Positions 40,370 through 49,683 of a stretch of DNA of 64,000 nucleotides are shown piece after piece. A program made the position numbers and the translations under genes. The notes below the pieces were generated by a model. It was not told the origin of the DNA and did no database searches. It was given only the letters and a program-made list of their open reading frames with translations. The stretch comes from Glycera tridactyla. Lineage: Eukaryota. The stretch lies in assembly GCA_965644265.1 (NCBI GenBank), contig OZ286468.1:17670001-17734000 (forward strand), written 5' to 3'. How positions within the stretch are numbered: the stretch's first letter is position 1; every line of letters starts with the position of its first letter.

Positions 40370-40821
40370 AGATGGTTGAAGTCAGACAACAGTTGGAGAC
40401 AGGCTCAACCGACACTGAATAGTCAGGCTTCCATCCCAGGTTGAGCAGTCAGTATAGCCTGCCTGCATCCATCATGGTGAAGTGGGAGGGTGGTAGGGTG
40501 AGTGAGGTGGTAGAATTTACATAATTACAGTTCTAGTGCTGAGGTAATTGAGATGCAATTTCAGTATAGCTGATGGTTGTGGTCCAGGCGATAGTCGGAG
40601 ACAGTTTCTTCAGACGCTGAATAGCCAGGCTTCCGTCCCAGGTTCAGGAGTCTGTAGATCCAGATCCAGACTGCTTATGCCAGAGTTCTGACCAGGGGGG
40701 GGGAGGCGTGTAGGGGCAGGATTTATGATTATATTATAGCTAGTGGTTTTATGTCCAGATGATAGTAGGAGACAATTTCTACTGACGCTGAATAGCCAGG
40801 CTTCCATCCCAGGTTCAGGAG
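40370..40821 (-). repeat. Three ~85-bp dispersed repeats ending in a hairpin-forming motif
   Basis: CTGAATAG(C/T)CAGGCTTCC(A/G)TCCCAGGTT(C/G)AG at 40415, 40617 and 40788, each preceded by a related ..GGAGACA..GAC block. Weaker copies near 41090 and 41190. Confidence 0.85.
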
Positions 40822-41369
40822 CCAGCAGATACAGTCTGCTTTTAACAGGGTTTTTGATGGGGGGGTGGGTGGGGAGGGGAGGATGGAGTGGTAGGAATGA
40901 AAAGAATTTTTTTAGTAGTTCGTTCCTTGGTTAACTGTATGATTCTCCTGCATGTAAATATATGGATTGTGGTATTACATATGCGAGATTAGTCAGGCAT
41001 GCATCCTATGTACATGTTCACACCCGGTAGTGAGAACAGATCAGGGGGTTTAACAGCAGCCATGATAGCTCGTTTGGCCTACTCGTATGAATAGCAGCCA
41101 GGCTTGCATCCTAGGTCCATGCATGTAGGTCAACGTCAGCTTAGTTGTCACTGCTGGTTCTACTGATTGATTTGTGCCAGTGAGTGGCCGGACGTACATC
41201 CCAGGTTCACTATCACATCAAACTTCGGTTATGTTCGGTAGTTTCGAAGCCTTTGTTATGTTAAAGAATGACAAGTAAAGAATAACAAGAATAACAAGTA
41301 GCTCAACACAACATGATGATATTAATGTTAGCTCTACGTTTATATGGGATAGAACAATAGATCTATCTG

Positions 41370-41552
41370 TACCATTTCTCCCTCAAATTCTGCATTCCCC
41401 AGGCCGAATGCCTACGTGCGAACATTATAACAATATAAAATTTATTCAGAGGATGGAACCCCCGGATGACCTCCATTAACACCAGGTGGATCTGTCAGAA
41501 TACACCACCAGAGGTCGCGCCGTTTCCACTGTTTACCTTTGTATTTTTCAAC
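41370..41552 (+). repeat. DIRS left inverted terminal repeat
   Basis: Reverse complement of 49462-49644, with 2 mismatches seen in 183 bp. Confidence 0.95.
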
Positions 41553-41929
41553 TTCGCGTCCTTAGAGACAGTTGAGGAATACCCGGGCTGTCGCGAAAAT
41601 TGGAATTTGCGATACCTACGGACTTTCCAGTGGAATCATTGCGTGTATATCATTAGGATATCATATTCATTGAATCGGAATATTCACAAAATATCCCTGG
41701 ATTGTTTTTGCGAACTTTAATCGCCCGTAATTGTTAGCGTGGTGTAGGATCACGGAGGGGCGCGCGCGGGGGCGTCCACCGCTCACGACGGTGAAGGGGC
41801 CTGTTATTAGAATCAAACGACAGTCTACAGTTCTAGAATGCTGTCGATGGGGTTGTATTCGATTATTTTGCACGTTGAGAATGGGGAATGATTTATGTAC
41901 CTGTATGCGACGTAGATAGTGTCCGGTCA

Positions 41930-42330
41930 TCGTGTCCGGTGTCCGGTGTCCGGTGACAAAATTGGCTATAATTTGACAGCGGCGGTAATAGGTCGCTGAC
42001 GAAATTCAGTCTGTCGGTTGCCGCCGAGTTCGCACGATGACAGTTTACAATTTCGTGGAATTAGGCCTCCAAAATGTTAATGTTCCTTATCATTAAGCAG
42101 TTCTGTGTGCGATCTTAGCGTCCGGTGTCCGGAATATCTTCAGGAGCGTCTAATTCTCGCGCGGCCGTGTCCGGTGAGTGTTTCGTTCACGGCCGTGTCC
42201 GGTAAAATTGACATCGGCGGTAATAGGTCGCTGACGAAATTGGGTTCGTTATTCGCCGATTTGTTTAATTCTCGCGCAGCCGTGTCCGGTGACGTATCCA
42301 GAGTAGTGTGGCGTCCACGGCCGTGTCCGG
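41930..42330 (+). repeat. GTGTCCGGT motif cluster and duplicated CGGCGGTAATAGGTCGCTGACGAAATT in the DIRS 5' region
   Basis: At least 8 (G)TGTCCGG(T) copies; the 27-bp block occurs twice (~41979 and ~42215). CpG-rich. Confidence 0.8.
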
Positions 42331-42681
42331 TGTCAGTTGAGCTTGATATTCAATTCAATTCAATTTTGTTGCTTGTGTATGGTGTTGAAATGACTCTTGC
42401 CTTGGCATTGAGTCTGTGAATTTCATATCATTGATTGTGGGTGGCAAAATTTTTATAATCAATTTTGCCACAGGTGAGCTGAAATGGCCTTCGGGTCTGT
42501 GACTTTCATAACCTTACCTTTCAGATGATGTCATGTCATGTTGATCCTTATATGTGAATTATAGAATTCCTAACACATATATCCCTGCAATCCCTTATCT
42601 CTCGTGGGTGGGCGTCTATATCGCGTACGCGTCTGTGATCCTACACAATCAAATATCAATTGCGAAATACACAAATTGATT

Positions 42682-45600
42682 ATGCCGTCGTCTCAAAAAC
42701 ACGGTTCATGTGGCCACTTTATGGCCATTTGGGACGACCATGACCTATGCCCTTCATGTAGGGCTTGTGGTAAATCTGAAGACTTGGCAAAGTTTGGACA
42801 AAAAGTGTGTGACATTTGTTCAGTGTGGACTTTAGAACGCTGGGCAGCGCATTATAGAAGGAGGAAATTTGCCTCTAAGAAGAAGTCCGCCGCTTCTAAG
42901 AGATCGTCTGAGAAATGTTCAGTCAATTCTGATGGTTCAGTAGACGGATCAGGGGTAAAAACATTGTCAGTTGTGGTCCCTTCATTATCCCGTCCAGATG
43001 ACTCAAAATCTATATCTTCCAGTTGGAACAGCCTAGCAGAGGATATGTCTATGCGCCCAAATCTCCTCTCTTCTATCAAAAGAAGGAAACAGCTGGCTAT
43101 ACAGAGGACCAATGGTGATGCCACAAAAGCTGTCTCAGAGGAGGTGGTAGAGAGACGGAGGTCGTCAGATTTGGACGGTGGTCTCTCTGATAGGGTGCAC
43201 GAACGAGTGGGTGAGGTTGGGAATAAAGCTTGTTATGAAGATGTGTCTGAGTTGGGAGAGCAAATAGAAGAACAAGTGATTGACCAACAGGTGATTCAAT
43301 CTGGTGAGGTTCCAAAAACTCAAGCTTTCATTCAGAACACAGATGAAAATTTTGATTTCCCTCTCACTCTACGTGGATTTCTGGCTGGTGTGCCAGAATA
43401 TCATATTCCACAGATTTCACCCAGCCATATGGGGGGCATGGTTAGAGCCCCGGCTTCGGGTATAATGACAGCACCGGACAGTATAGTGACACCAGTCACT
43501 ACATTACCAATGTCTGGTCCGTCAACTACTGTCACTTTACCGGACGGCCAGAGTGTGTTGGTTTCAGGACAGGTAACCCAGGTTACAGGGCCAGTGGTAG
43601 GTCCAGCAATATGTCCAGTTAATCAGCGAAGCTTAACCACTCAAATACCATGTCAGGTGACACAAGTATTAAGTCAACCGACTCTGTCGGTGATAAGCAA
43701 TACTGGTCCGGTGTCCGGTATAGCGGACTCAGGCAGCAATCATCCGGTAGGGGTGGGTACCACAGTACCAGATATGGGGAATAAAGACGCTGCGTCAAAA
43801 AGGACTAATTTGACAGGGGTCAATTTGCAGCTATTGTCTACTCCGGTGATAGGTAATCTGGTGTCACAAAAGGTAGTTCCCCAGTTGTCTGATCATTCAG
43901 TGCCAGCTCCGGTGAGCATCAGTTCGGTATCAGATAATGCAAACTCAGCAGTGGTCAGTACACAACCAGTGTCCACTCCGATGTCTGGCCGCATGATGCC
44001 TCCAAATGTCAATTCTCTTCCCACGCTACAGCTACAAGCACATGCCCAACTGTTAGCTCAGTTAAATGATGCGGAAGTAGATGATAGTTTACGACCTTCA
44101 GTTTTTGGTTCACCAGATTCTGTTAATGCAGAGGCAGATCGCAGATTGAAGGAACTTACTAGGAAGAGAATTCAGATGGAGGACAATTTGAGAGATTTGC
44201 AGAATATAATGATGAATACCAGGAATGTCATGTCACAACCATTATTTTCAGCTCCTATTCCCTCGGTTACACCATTATTGAAGAGGAAATCGGTGACGAT
44301 TAGTAACATTCCTAGTAAAGTGCCAAAACAGTCATTTGTCCCTGTTACTGCTCCTACTCATGTGCCTACGCCTACTCCCTTGCCAGTTCATATGCATATT
44401 CCTCAGAATATTCCTACTCCTACTATTGTTCCCAACACTGTTCAACAACATAGTATGATTCCAGTTCCTGCTATCCAAAATGATATGGATAGCCCCATTG
44501 ATGACAGGTCTAACAAGGAAAGAGAGAGAGATGCTCAGATGGAGGCCATGCAGTTGAGAATGAAGAAGGTGGAGAAGAAGTTGGGAGATAAAAAGGAATC
44601 TGAGTCACAAAATGATTCTGGCCCTGACTCTGATGAAGAGAAAGAGAAACCAGCTATGAAACGCCGCATGAAAAGTTTCAGACGGTTTGCCACCGACATC
44701 CTACCTGATTATATTCCCTACCCTGAGATTATAGATAGGAGGAAGACTGGGGCAGCTAGTAACGTTCTGAACACATCTTTTGAGGCAGAAAGAAGGAATA
44801 GAAATATTGAATTTCTTGCTGATTCAACGTTACCCTTGTCCCCCTTATTGATCACAAGCCAGGAGATGCTTGATAGATGTTTGCAAGGCTTGGAAGAGGA
44901 GGAAGAGGTTCAGGGCATTTCTACAGACTTTGAGTCTTTCAAAGTAGGCAGGAGTGGGTTGCATGAGGCTAAGGCCAAGTACTTTCGCTCTAATCAACCC
45001 AAAATCTATGGGTCCTCTAGTCGCTCTTATCGTATCAGAAGGACTGATGAGAAATCTCACAGATATATAGTTGAACCCCCATTGATTGATCGGAACTACA
45101 GTCGTTATGGTACTGCTTCAAAGTTAGACCTCAAACCCACTAACGATGAAACTACACTCAGAGAGTCTCTTAAGACGCTGAGTTATGCAGATTTCGCGTT
45201 GGCGGCGGGTTTATCAGCATCTGAACTGACAGATGCTGATATTCCAGATGTTAAGGCTAAATCAAAGGAGGCAATTAGAGTAGGACTCTCAGCAGTAGAA
45301 CATGCGACACAACTTGTACTTAAAGTTTCTGCTAATATGGAGTTAGCTAGAAGAACCTTAGCCCTCAAGTCTACAGACTTTGACGAGGATACTAAAGCAC
45401 AATTACGTGCTCTACCACTAGGACAGGAGGAATTGTTTGGTGGACGCCTAAAGGAAGCGTGCAAACAGACCTCAGAAGCAGGTAGACAGTCACGAGAAAT
45501 GTCATATGATGCTCGTGTAGGTAGACCAAATGAAGGGTTCTTCAGAGGAGGAAACAAGAGAGGTAGAGGGGGCTACCAGAATAGAGGATCCAGGGGCCGT

Positions 45601-45765
45601 TCAAAGAGAGGTAGAGGCCGTGGAAGAGGGGGAAATAACAACACCCATTATAAATCTGAGGATTCCTCCAATAATTATCAGGGACAGGGCCAGCAGAAGC
45701 CAAAACAAGAGGTGAAGGTTACCTTCTCTCGCCCTAGAGGCCGTGGCAAGAAACGTCAGCCCTAG
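42682..45765 (+). CDS. gag: DIRS ORF1 (gag-like), 1027 aa from the first ATG
   Basis: N-terminal Cys/His cluster (CGH..DDHDLCPSCRAC..CDIC..W), long Pro/Ser/Thr-rich middle and RGG-rich C-terminus. Confidence 0.85.
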   Translation: MPSSQKHGSCGHFMAIWDDHDLCPSCRACGKSEDLAKFGQKVCDICSVWTLERWAAHYRRRKFASKKKSAASKRSSEKCSVNSDGSVDGSGVKTLSVVVPSLSRPDDSKSISSSWNSLAEDMSMRPNLLSSIKRRKQLAIQRTNGDATKAVSEEVVERRRSSDLDGGLSDRVHERVGEVGNKACYEDVSELGEQIEEQVIDQQVIQSGEVPKTQAFIQNTDENFDFPLTLRGFLAGVPEYHIPQISPSHMGGMVRAPASGIMTAPDSIVTPVTTLPMSGPSTTVTLPDGQSVLVSGQVTQVTGPVVGPAICPVNQRSLTTQIPCQVTQVLSQPTLSVISNTGPVSGIADSGSNHPVGVGTTVPDMGNKDAASKRTNLTGVNLQLLSTPVIGNLVSQKVVPQLSDHSVPAPVSISSVSDNANSAVVSTQPVSTPMSGRMMPPNVNSLPTLQLQAHAQLLAQLNDAEVDDSLRPSVFGSPDSVNAEADRRLKELTRKRIQMEDNLRDLQNIMMNTRNVMSQPLFSAPIPSVTPLLKRKSVTISNIPSKVPKQSFVPVTAPTHVPTPTPLPVHMHIPQNIPTPTIVPNTVQQHSMIPVPAIQNDMDSPIDDRSNKERERDAQMEAMQLRMKKVEKKLGDKKESESQNDSGPDSDEEKEKPAMKRRMKSFRRFATDILPDYIPYPEIIDRRKTGAASNVLNTSFEAERRNRNIEFLADSTLPLSPLLITSQEMLDRCLQGLEEEEEVQGISTDFESFKVGRSGLHEAKAKYFRSNQPKIYGSSSRSYRIRRTDEKSHRYIVEPPLIDRNYSRYGTASKLDLKPTNDETTLRESLKTLSYADFALAAGLSASELTDADIPDVKAKSKEAIRVGLSAVEHATQLVLKVSANMELARRTLALKSTDFDEDTKAQLRALPLGQEELFGGRLKEACKQTSEAGRQSREMSYDARVGRPNEGFFRGGNKRGRGGYQNRGSRGRSKRGRGRGRGGNNNTHYKSEDSSNNYQGQGQQKPKQEVKVTFSRPRGRGKKRQP

Positions 45766-47872
45766 GGTAGTGAGCGCCACTCTCCCAGTTTCTCCGGAAG
45801 TGGGAGCGCGTCTTCTCAGTTTCTTAAACCCATGGAAGAATTTGACACAGAACAGGTTTATTTTGGACATCATCAGGGAAGGTCTGACTCTATCCTTTCA
45901 AAGTCAACCTCCACTTTCAATGAATTTCCTACCTTTCTCTCTTCCCAAGGGTCAGGAGAAGAGAGAAGCCCTTCTTTTCGAGATCAGGGGGATGTTGGAG
46001 AAGCGTGCCATTATACCGGTGCTCCAACATCCTGACCCAGGTCCGGGGTTTTATTGCAACCTCTTCCTGGTCTCGAAAACAACGGGGGGCTTCAGACCAA
46101 TCATAAATCTGAAACCACTAAACAGGTTCATCAGAAACCAGAAATTCAAAATGGAGACGGCTATGTCCGTAGTGAAAGCAGTGTGCATGAATGATTGGTC
46201 AGTGTCAATAGATCTGAAAGACGCATATTTCCACATACCCATAAGACAGGATTATCAGAAATATCTACGCTTTGCACTGTCAGACACGGAAGCATATCAA
46301 TTCCGAGCTCTTCCGTTCGGACTATCAACAGCACTCAGAATTTTCACGATGGTTCTGAGGGAGGTGGCGCACCATCTTCACAGTCGTGGTATCAAGATCC
46401 ACTTTTATTTAGACGATTGGCTGTTGAGGCACCAGGATCCAGTCACTCTCTCTCAACATTTGGATTATGTCCTGAAATTGGCAACCAGTCTGGGATGGAT
46501 AGTCAATCATCAGAAGTCAGATCTGATCCCCAGCCGTCAATTTACGTATCTGGGAATATTTTTCGACACCCATTCTGGACTGGTAATGCCAACAATGAAG
46601 AGAATAGAGAGGCTGGAGCTTTATGTAAGGCTATTCCTCAGAAGGCCTCGACAGCCAGTCCGATCCATCCTTCGCCTTCTCGGCCATATGTCAAGTATGG
46701 CCGACTACATACATCTGGGAAGACTCCACATGAGACAGCTTCAGATTTTCCTTCTATCTCTGTGGAGACCATTTTCAGACCCTCTCGAAATCATGATTTG
46801 TCTTCCACAGGAAGTGGTGACAAGCTTGAGATGGTGGATGGACAGAAAGAACACTCTGGGGGGAATTCCGCTAATAGAAGAACCTGTGACTGCCACCCTG
46901 ATGACAGACGCCTCCCTCAAGGGCTGGGGAGCATGTCTGATCATAGGCGAAGAGAGACAACAGACGGCAGCAGTATGGCCAGTCTCACGGATGGGCAGAT
47001 CTATCAATGCCCTGGAACTGGAAACAGTATTGCTTGCAATCATCCATTTTTCAGAGTCTCTCATGAATCAGATTGTCTTAATATTAACAGACAATACGAC
47101 AACAGTTTCTTATATAAAGAAGCAGGGGGGCACACATTCATCTCTGATGTGTGCACTCGCATGGAATATTTACACTCAGGCAGAGGAGATGTCAATGAAA
47201 ATAAGAGTGAGGCATATCCCGGGAAAGCGGAATGTATTAGCGGACGCCTTGTCCCGCTCAAGTCCAATACAGACAGAATGGACTCTGGATGCAACAGTCT
47301 TCAACGAGATCTTAGAAAAATTCAAGTTGTATCCAGTAATAGACCTGATGGCTACACCAATAAACACAAGACTTCCTGTGTTCATTTGTCCTTACCCAGA
47401 GCCTCGAGCATTAGCCACGGACGCTCTATCCATGAACTGGGAGGAATTCAGCGTAGCATATGTCTATCCCCCCACATCTCTCTTGAGAGATGTGATAAAT
47501 CGTCTGAGGGGTCTGGAGACCACACTGATATGTATCGCCCCTTGGTGGCCAAACCAGTCTTGGTTTCCAGACCTCTTGGAGATGTCAATAGATCAACCTC
47601 TGGAACTACCAATATCGGTAAATTTGATGACTCAAATAGTTGGCAACAAGAGAGTTTACCACTACTGCCCACAAATAATGAACCTGACCGCATGGTGCTT
47701 ATCAGGAGCACCCTCTCCAGAAGGGGTTATTCGGCAAAGGCTGCGGAGCGGATCACTCGTTCAGTCAGAGATTCATCAGCTAAGATCTATGACAGTAGGT
47801 GGAAGAAATGGGCCTTCTGGTGTGAGGACAGGGGAGTGGATTGTGCACACCCCTCTGCACCAGAGTTGGTAG
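45743..47872 (+). CDS. pol: DIRS RT - RNase H - N6-adenine methyltransferase-like ORF
   Basis: VGARL, GGFRPIINLK, IDLKDAYFHI, LPFGLSTA, YLDDWL; TDASLKGWG, INALELE, TDN, ADALSR; IDLMA..YVYPP..APWWP.QSWF. No in-frame ATG at the 5' end. Confidence 0.93.
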   Translation: MARNVSPRVVSATLPVSPEVGARLLSFLNPWKNLTQNRFILDIIREGLTLSFQSQPPLSMNFLPFSLPKGQEKREALLFEIRGMLEKRAIIPVLQHPDPGPGFYCNLFLVSKTTGGFRPIINLKPLNRFIRNQKFKMETAMSVVKAVCMNDWSVSIDLKDAYFHIPIRQDYQKYLRFALSDTEAYQFRALPFGLSTALRIFTMVLREVAHHLHSRGIKIHFYLDDWLLRHQDPVTLSQHLDYVLKLATSLGWIVNHQKSDLIPSRQFTYLGIFFDTHSGLVMPTMKRIERLELYVRLFLRRPRQPVRSILRLLGHMSSMADYIHLGRLHMRQLQIFLLSLWRPFSDPLEIMICLPQEVVTSLRWWMDRKNTLGGIPLIEEPVTATLMTDASLKGWGACLIIGEERQQTAAVWPVSRMGRSINALELETVLLAIIHFSESLMNQIVLILTDNTTTVSYIKKQGGTHSSLMCALAWNIYTQAEEMSMKIRVRHIPGKRNVLADALSRSSPIQTEWTLDATVFNEILEKFKLYPVIDLMATPINTRLPVFICPYPEPRALATDALSMNWEEFSVAYVYPPTSLLRDVINRLRGLETTLICIAPWWPNQSWFPDLLEMSIDQPLELPISVNLMTQIVGNKRVYHYCPQIMNLTAWCLSGAPSPEGVIRQRLRSGSLVQSEIHQLRSMTVGGRNGPSGVRTGEWIVHTPLHQSW

Positions 47873-48750
47873 ATTTCTTGATCGAACTTTTCGAGTCAGG
47901 ACTATCTCCATCTACTGTCAGAGGATACAGAAATGCTATTCAATCAGTCTTTGTCTATACGGGTTGTGATGTTCTTGCAGAACGAGATGTTAAATCTCTG
48001 CTGAATAATTTCTTTCTGGAGAGACCTGTGGTTCAGAAAATGATCCCACAATGGGATCTGTCTTTGGTTTTGAAGTTTCTACTTTCCAAGACGTTTGAAC
48101 CCCTTACTTCTTGCGGTTTCCTGAATATTACCAGGAAAGTGGTATTTCTGATTGCTCTTGCCTCAGGCCGAAGGAGGAGCGAAATACACGCTTTTTCAGG
48201 TTCCAAGGATGCAGTTAGATTTGCTGCAGATCTTTCGAGCGTTAGATTGTTTTCAGTTCCTGGGTTCTTGGCAAAGAATCAGAGTCCTTTGTCAAAACAA
48301 CCAGAGGTTGTTATTCCATCAATTCCTGTGAATAGTGGAATTCAGAGTTCCTTGTGTCCAGTTAGGGCACTACACACATATTTGGATGGGGTTTCACCCT
48401 TCAGAGGTAGAAGAATTAGACTTTTTATACCTCCCTGTAGGTCCTCACAGAGAGAGATCAGACTTGACAGGATCTCTACATGGATTCAGCAAGTTGTCAG
48501 AATGGCATATGAGGATGCTGATAAAACTGATGAACTACCAGGAAATGTTTCAGCTCATGAGACAAGAGCCATAGCAACCTCATGGAAGTCATTCAATCAG
48601 GCTTGCTCAGTGGATGAACTGATGAGGGCAGCTTTTTGGAAGTCTGGCTCCACATTTGCCACTTTCTATCTACGAGACATGTGTGGCCAGGCTCTCGATC
48701 TGTACTCGTTAGGTCCACTGGTGGTAGCTCAATCAATTATTAATCCTTAG
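46195..48750 (+). CDS. DIRS tyrosine recombinase ORF (5' part overlaps pol)
   Basis: LASGRRRSEIHA, FLAKN, LCPVRAL, HETRAIATSW, AAFWKS..TFATFYLRD: the catalytic R, HxxR, W and Y are present. Confidence 0.93.
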   Translation: MVSVNRSERRIFPHTHKTGLSEISTLCTVRHGSISIPSSSVRTINSTQNFHDGSEGGGAPSSQSWYQDPLLFRRLAVEAPGSSHSLSTFGLCPEIGNQSGMDSQSSEVRSDPQPSIYVSGNIFRHPFWTGNANNEENREAGALCKAIPQKASTASPIHPSPSRPYVKYGRLHTSGKTPHETASDFPSISVETIFRPSRNHDLSSTGSGDKLEMVDGQKEHSGGNSANRRTCDCHPDDRRLPQGLGSMSDHRRRETTDGSSMASLTDGQIYQCPGTGNSIACNHPFFRVSHESDCLNINRQYDNSFLYKEAGGHTFISDVCTRMEYLHSGRGDVNENKSEAYPGKAECISGRLVPLKSNTDRMDSGCNSLQRDLRKIQVVSSNRPDGYTNKHKTSCVHLSLPRASSISHGRSIHELGGIQRSICLSPHISLERCDKSSEGSGDHTDMYRPLVAKPVLVSRPLGDVNRSTSGTTNIGKFDDSNSWQQESLPLLPTNNEPDRMVLIRSTLSRRGYSAKAAERITRSVRDSSAKIYDSRWKKWAFWCEDRGVDCAHPSAPELVDFLIELFESGLSPSTVRGYRNAIQSVFVYTGCDVLAERDVKSLLNNFFLERPVVQKMIPQWDLSLVLKFLLSKTFEPLTSCGFLNITRKVVFLIALASGRRRSEIHAFSGSKDAVRFAADLSSVRLFSVPGFLAKNQSPLSKQPEVVIPSIPVNSGIQSSLCPVRALHTYLDGVSPFRGRRIRLFIPPCRSSQREIRLDRISTWIQQVVRMAYEDADKTDELPGNVSAHETRAIATSWKSFNQACSVDELMRAAFWKSGSTFATFYLRDMCGQALDLYSLGPLVVAQSIINP

Positions 48751-48784
48751 ATGTGTGTATCTATATTGTATATATTAATATAGA

Positions 48785-49294
48785 AATAAACGGGTTTGAT
48801 TCCATTACCAGCTGGTATATGAACTTCCTGTTAGACAAGGAGTTTCTACTCCGGGTCTTATTATTATTATCAAATAACTTGGTTTGATTCCATTACCATA
48901 TGGTATATGAACTTCCTAGTAGACATGGAGTTCCGCTCCGGGTCTTGTATTATATTGAATAACTGGGTTTGATTCCATTACCAGGAATGGTATATGAACT
49001 TCCTAGTAGACATGGAGTTATTCTCCGGGTCTTGTATTATACTAAATAACTGGGTTTGATTCTATTACCGGGTATGGTATATGAACTTCCTAGTAGACAT
49101 GGAGACTTTGCTCCGGGTCTTGTATTATATCTAATAACTAGGTTTGATTCCATTACCAGGAATGGTATATGAACTTCCTAGTAGACAAGGAGTGTATACT
49201 CTGGGTCTATATATATTTTTGAATAACCGGGTTTGATTCCATTACCAGGTTTGGTATATGAACTTCCCGGTAGACATGGAGTGATAGGGGCTCT
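48785..49294. repeat. Array of six ~86-bp double-hairpin repeats
   Basis: Consensus AATAACTGGGTTTGATTCCAT-TACCA(n)TGGTA-TATGAACTTCCTAGTAGACAT-GGAG(n)CTCC-GGGTCTTGTATTAT; units start near 48785, 48873, 48958, 49044, 49133 and 49221. Confidence 0.95.
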
Positions 49295-49319
49295 ACGCCC
49301 ACCATCCGTGTCATATTCA

Positions 49320-49412
49320 TGCAGAATTTGAGGGAGAAATGGTACAGATAGATCCCCCCCAGGTTTATTCATTTAACCTGGGGATCTATACTTACCATTT
49401 CTCCCTCAAATT
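49320..49412 (+). repeat. DIRS internal complementary region (ICR)
   Basis: 49320-49353 is complementary to the left end 41361-41394. 49354-49412 is complementary to the right end 49625-49683. Contains a CCCCAGGTT/AACCTGGGG hairpin. Confidence 0.95.
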
Positions 49413-49461
49413 GGATGGTCCCTCCCGTCCGTCCCCGCTGTAGAGCTCTTTTTTCGAGCTC

Positions 49462-49683
49462 GTTGAAAAATACAAAGGTAAACAGTGGAAACAGCGCGAC
49501 CTCTGGTGGTGTATTCTGACAGATCCACCTGGTGTTAATGGAGGTCATCCGGGGGTTCCATCCTCTAAATAAATTTTATATTGTTATAATGTTCGCACGT
49601 AGGCATTCGGCCTGGGGAATGCAGAATTTGAGGGAGAAATGGTAAGTATAGATCCCCAGGTTAAATGAATAAACCTGGGGGGG
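49462..49683 (-). repeat. DIRS right inverted terminal repeat plus right extension
   Basis: Inverse of the left ITR to 49644, then an extension ending in a G-run (49677-49689). Confidence 0.93.

Larger units (their letters stand above)
41361..49683 (+). mobile_element. DIRS1-like tyrosine-recombinase retrotransposon, apparently full length
   Basis: ITRs, ICR, gag, RT-RH-MT and YR ORFs are all open, with the typical overlapping arrangement. Confidence 0.96.

Noticed and set aside
48785-49294. CRISPR-like repeat-spacer array
   Set aside because: The variable segments are only 2-12 nt, the context is a eukaryotic retroelement, and there are no cas genes.
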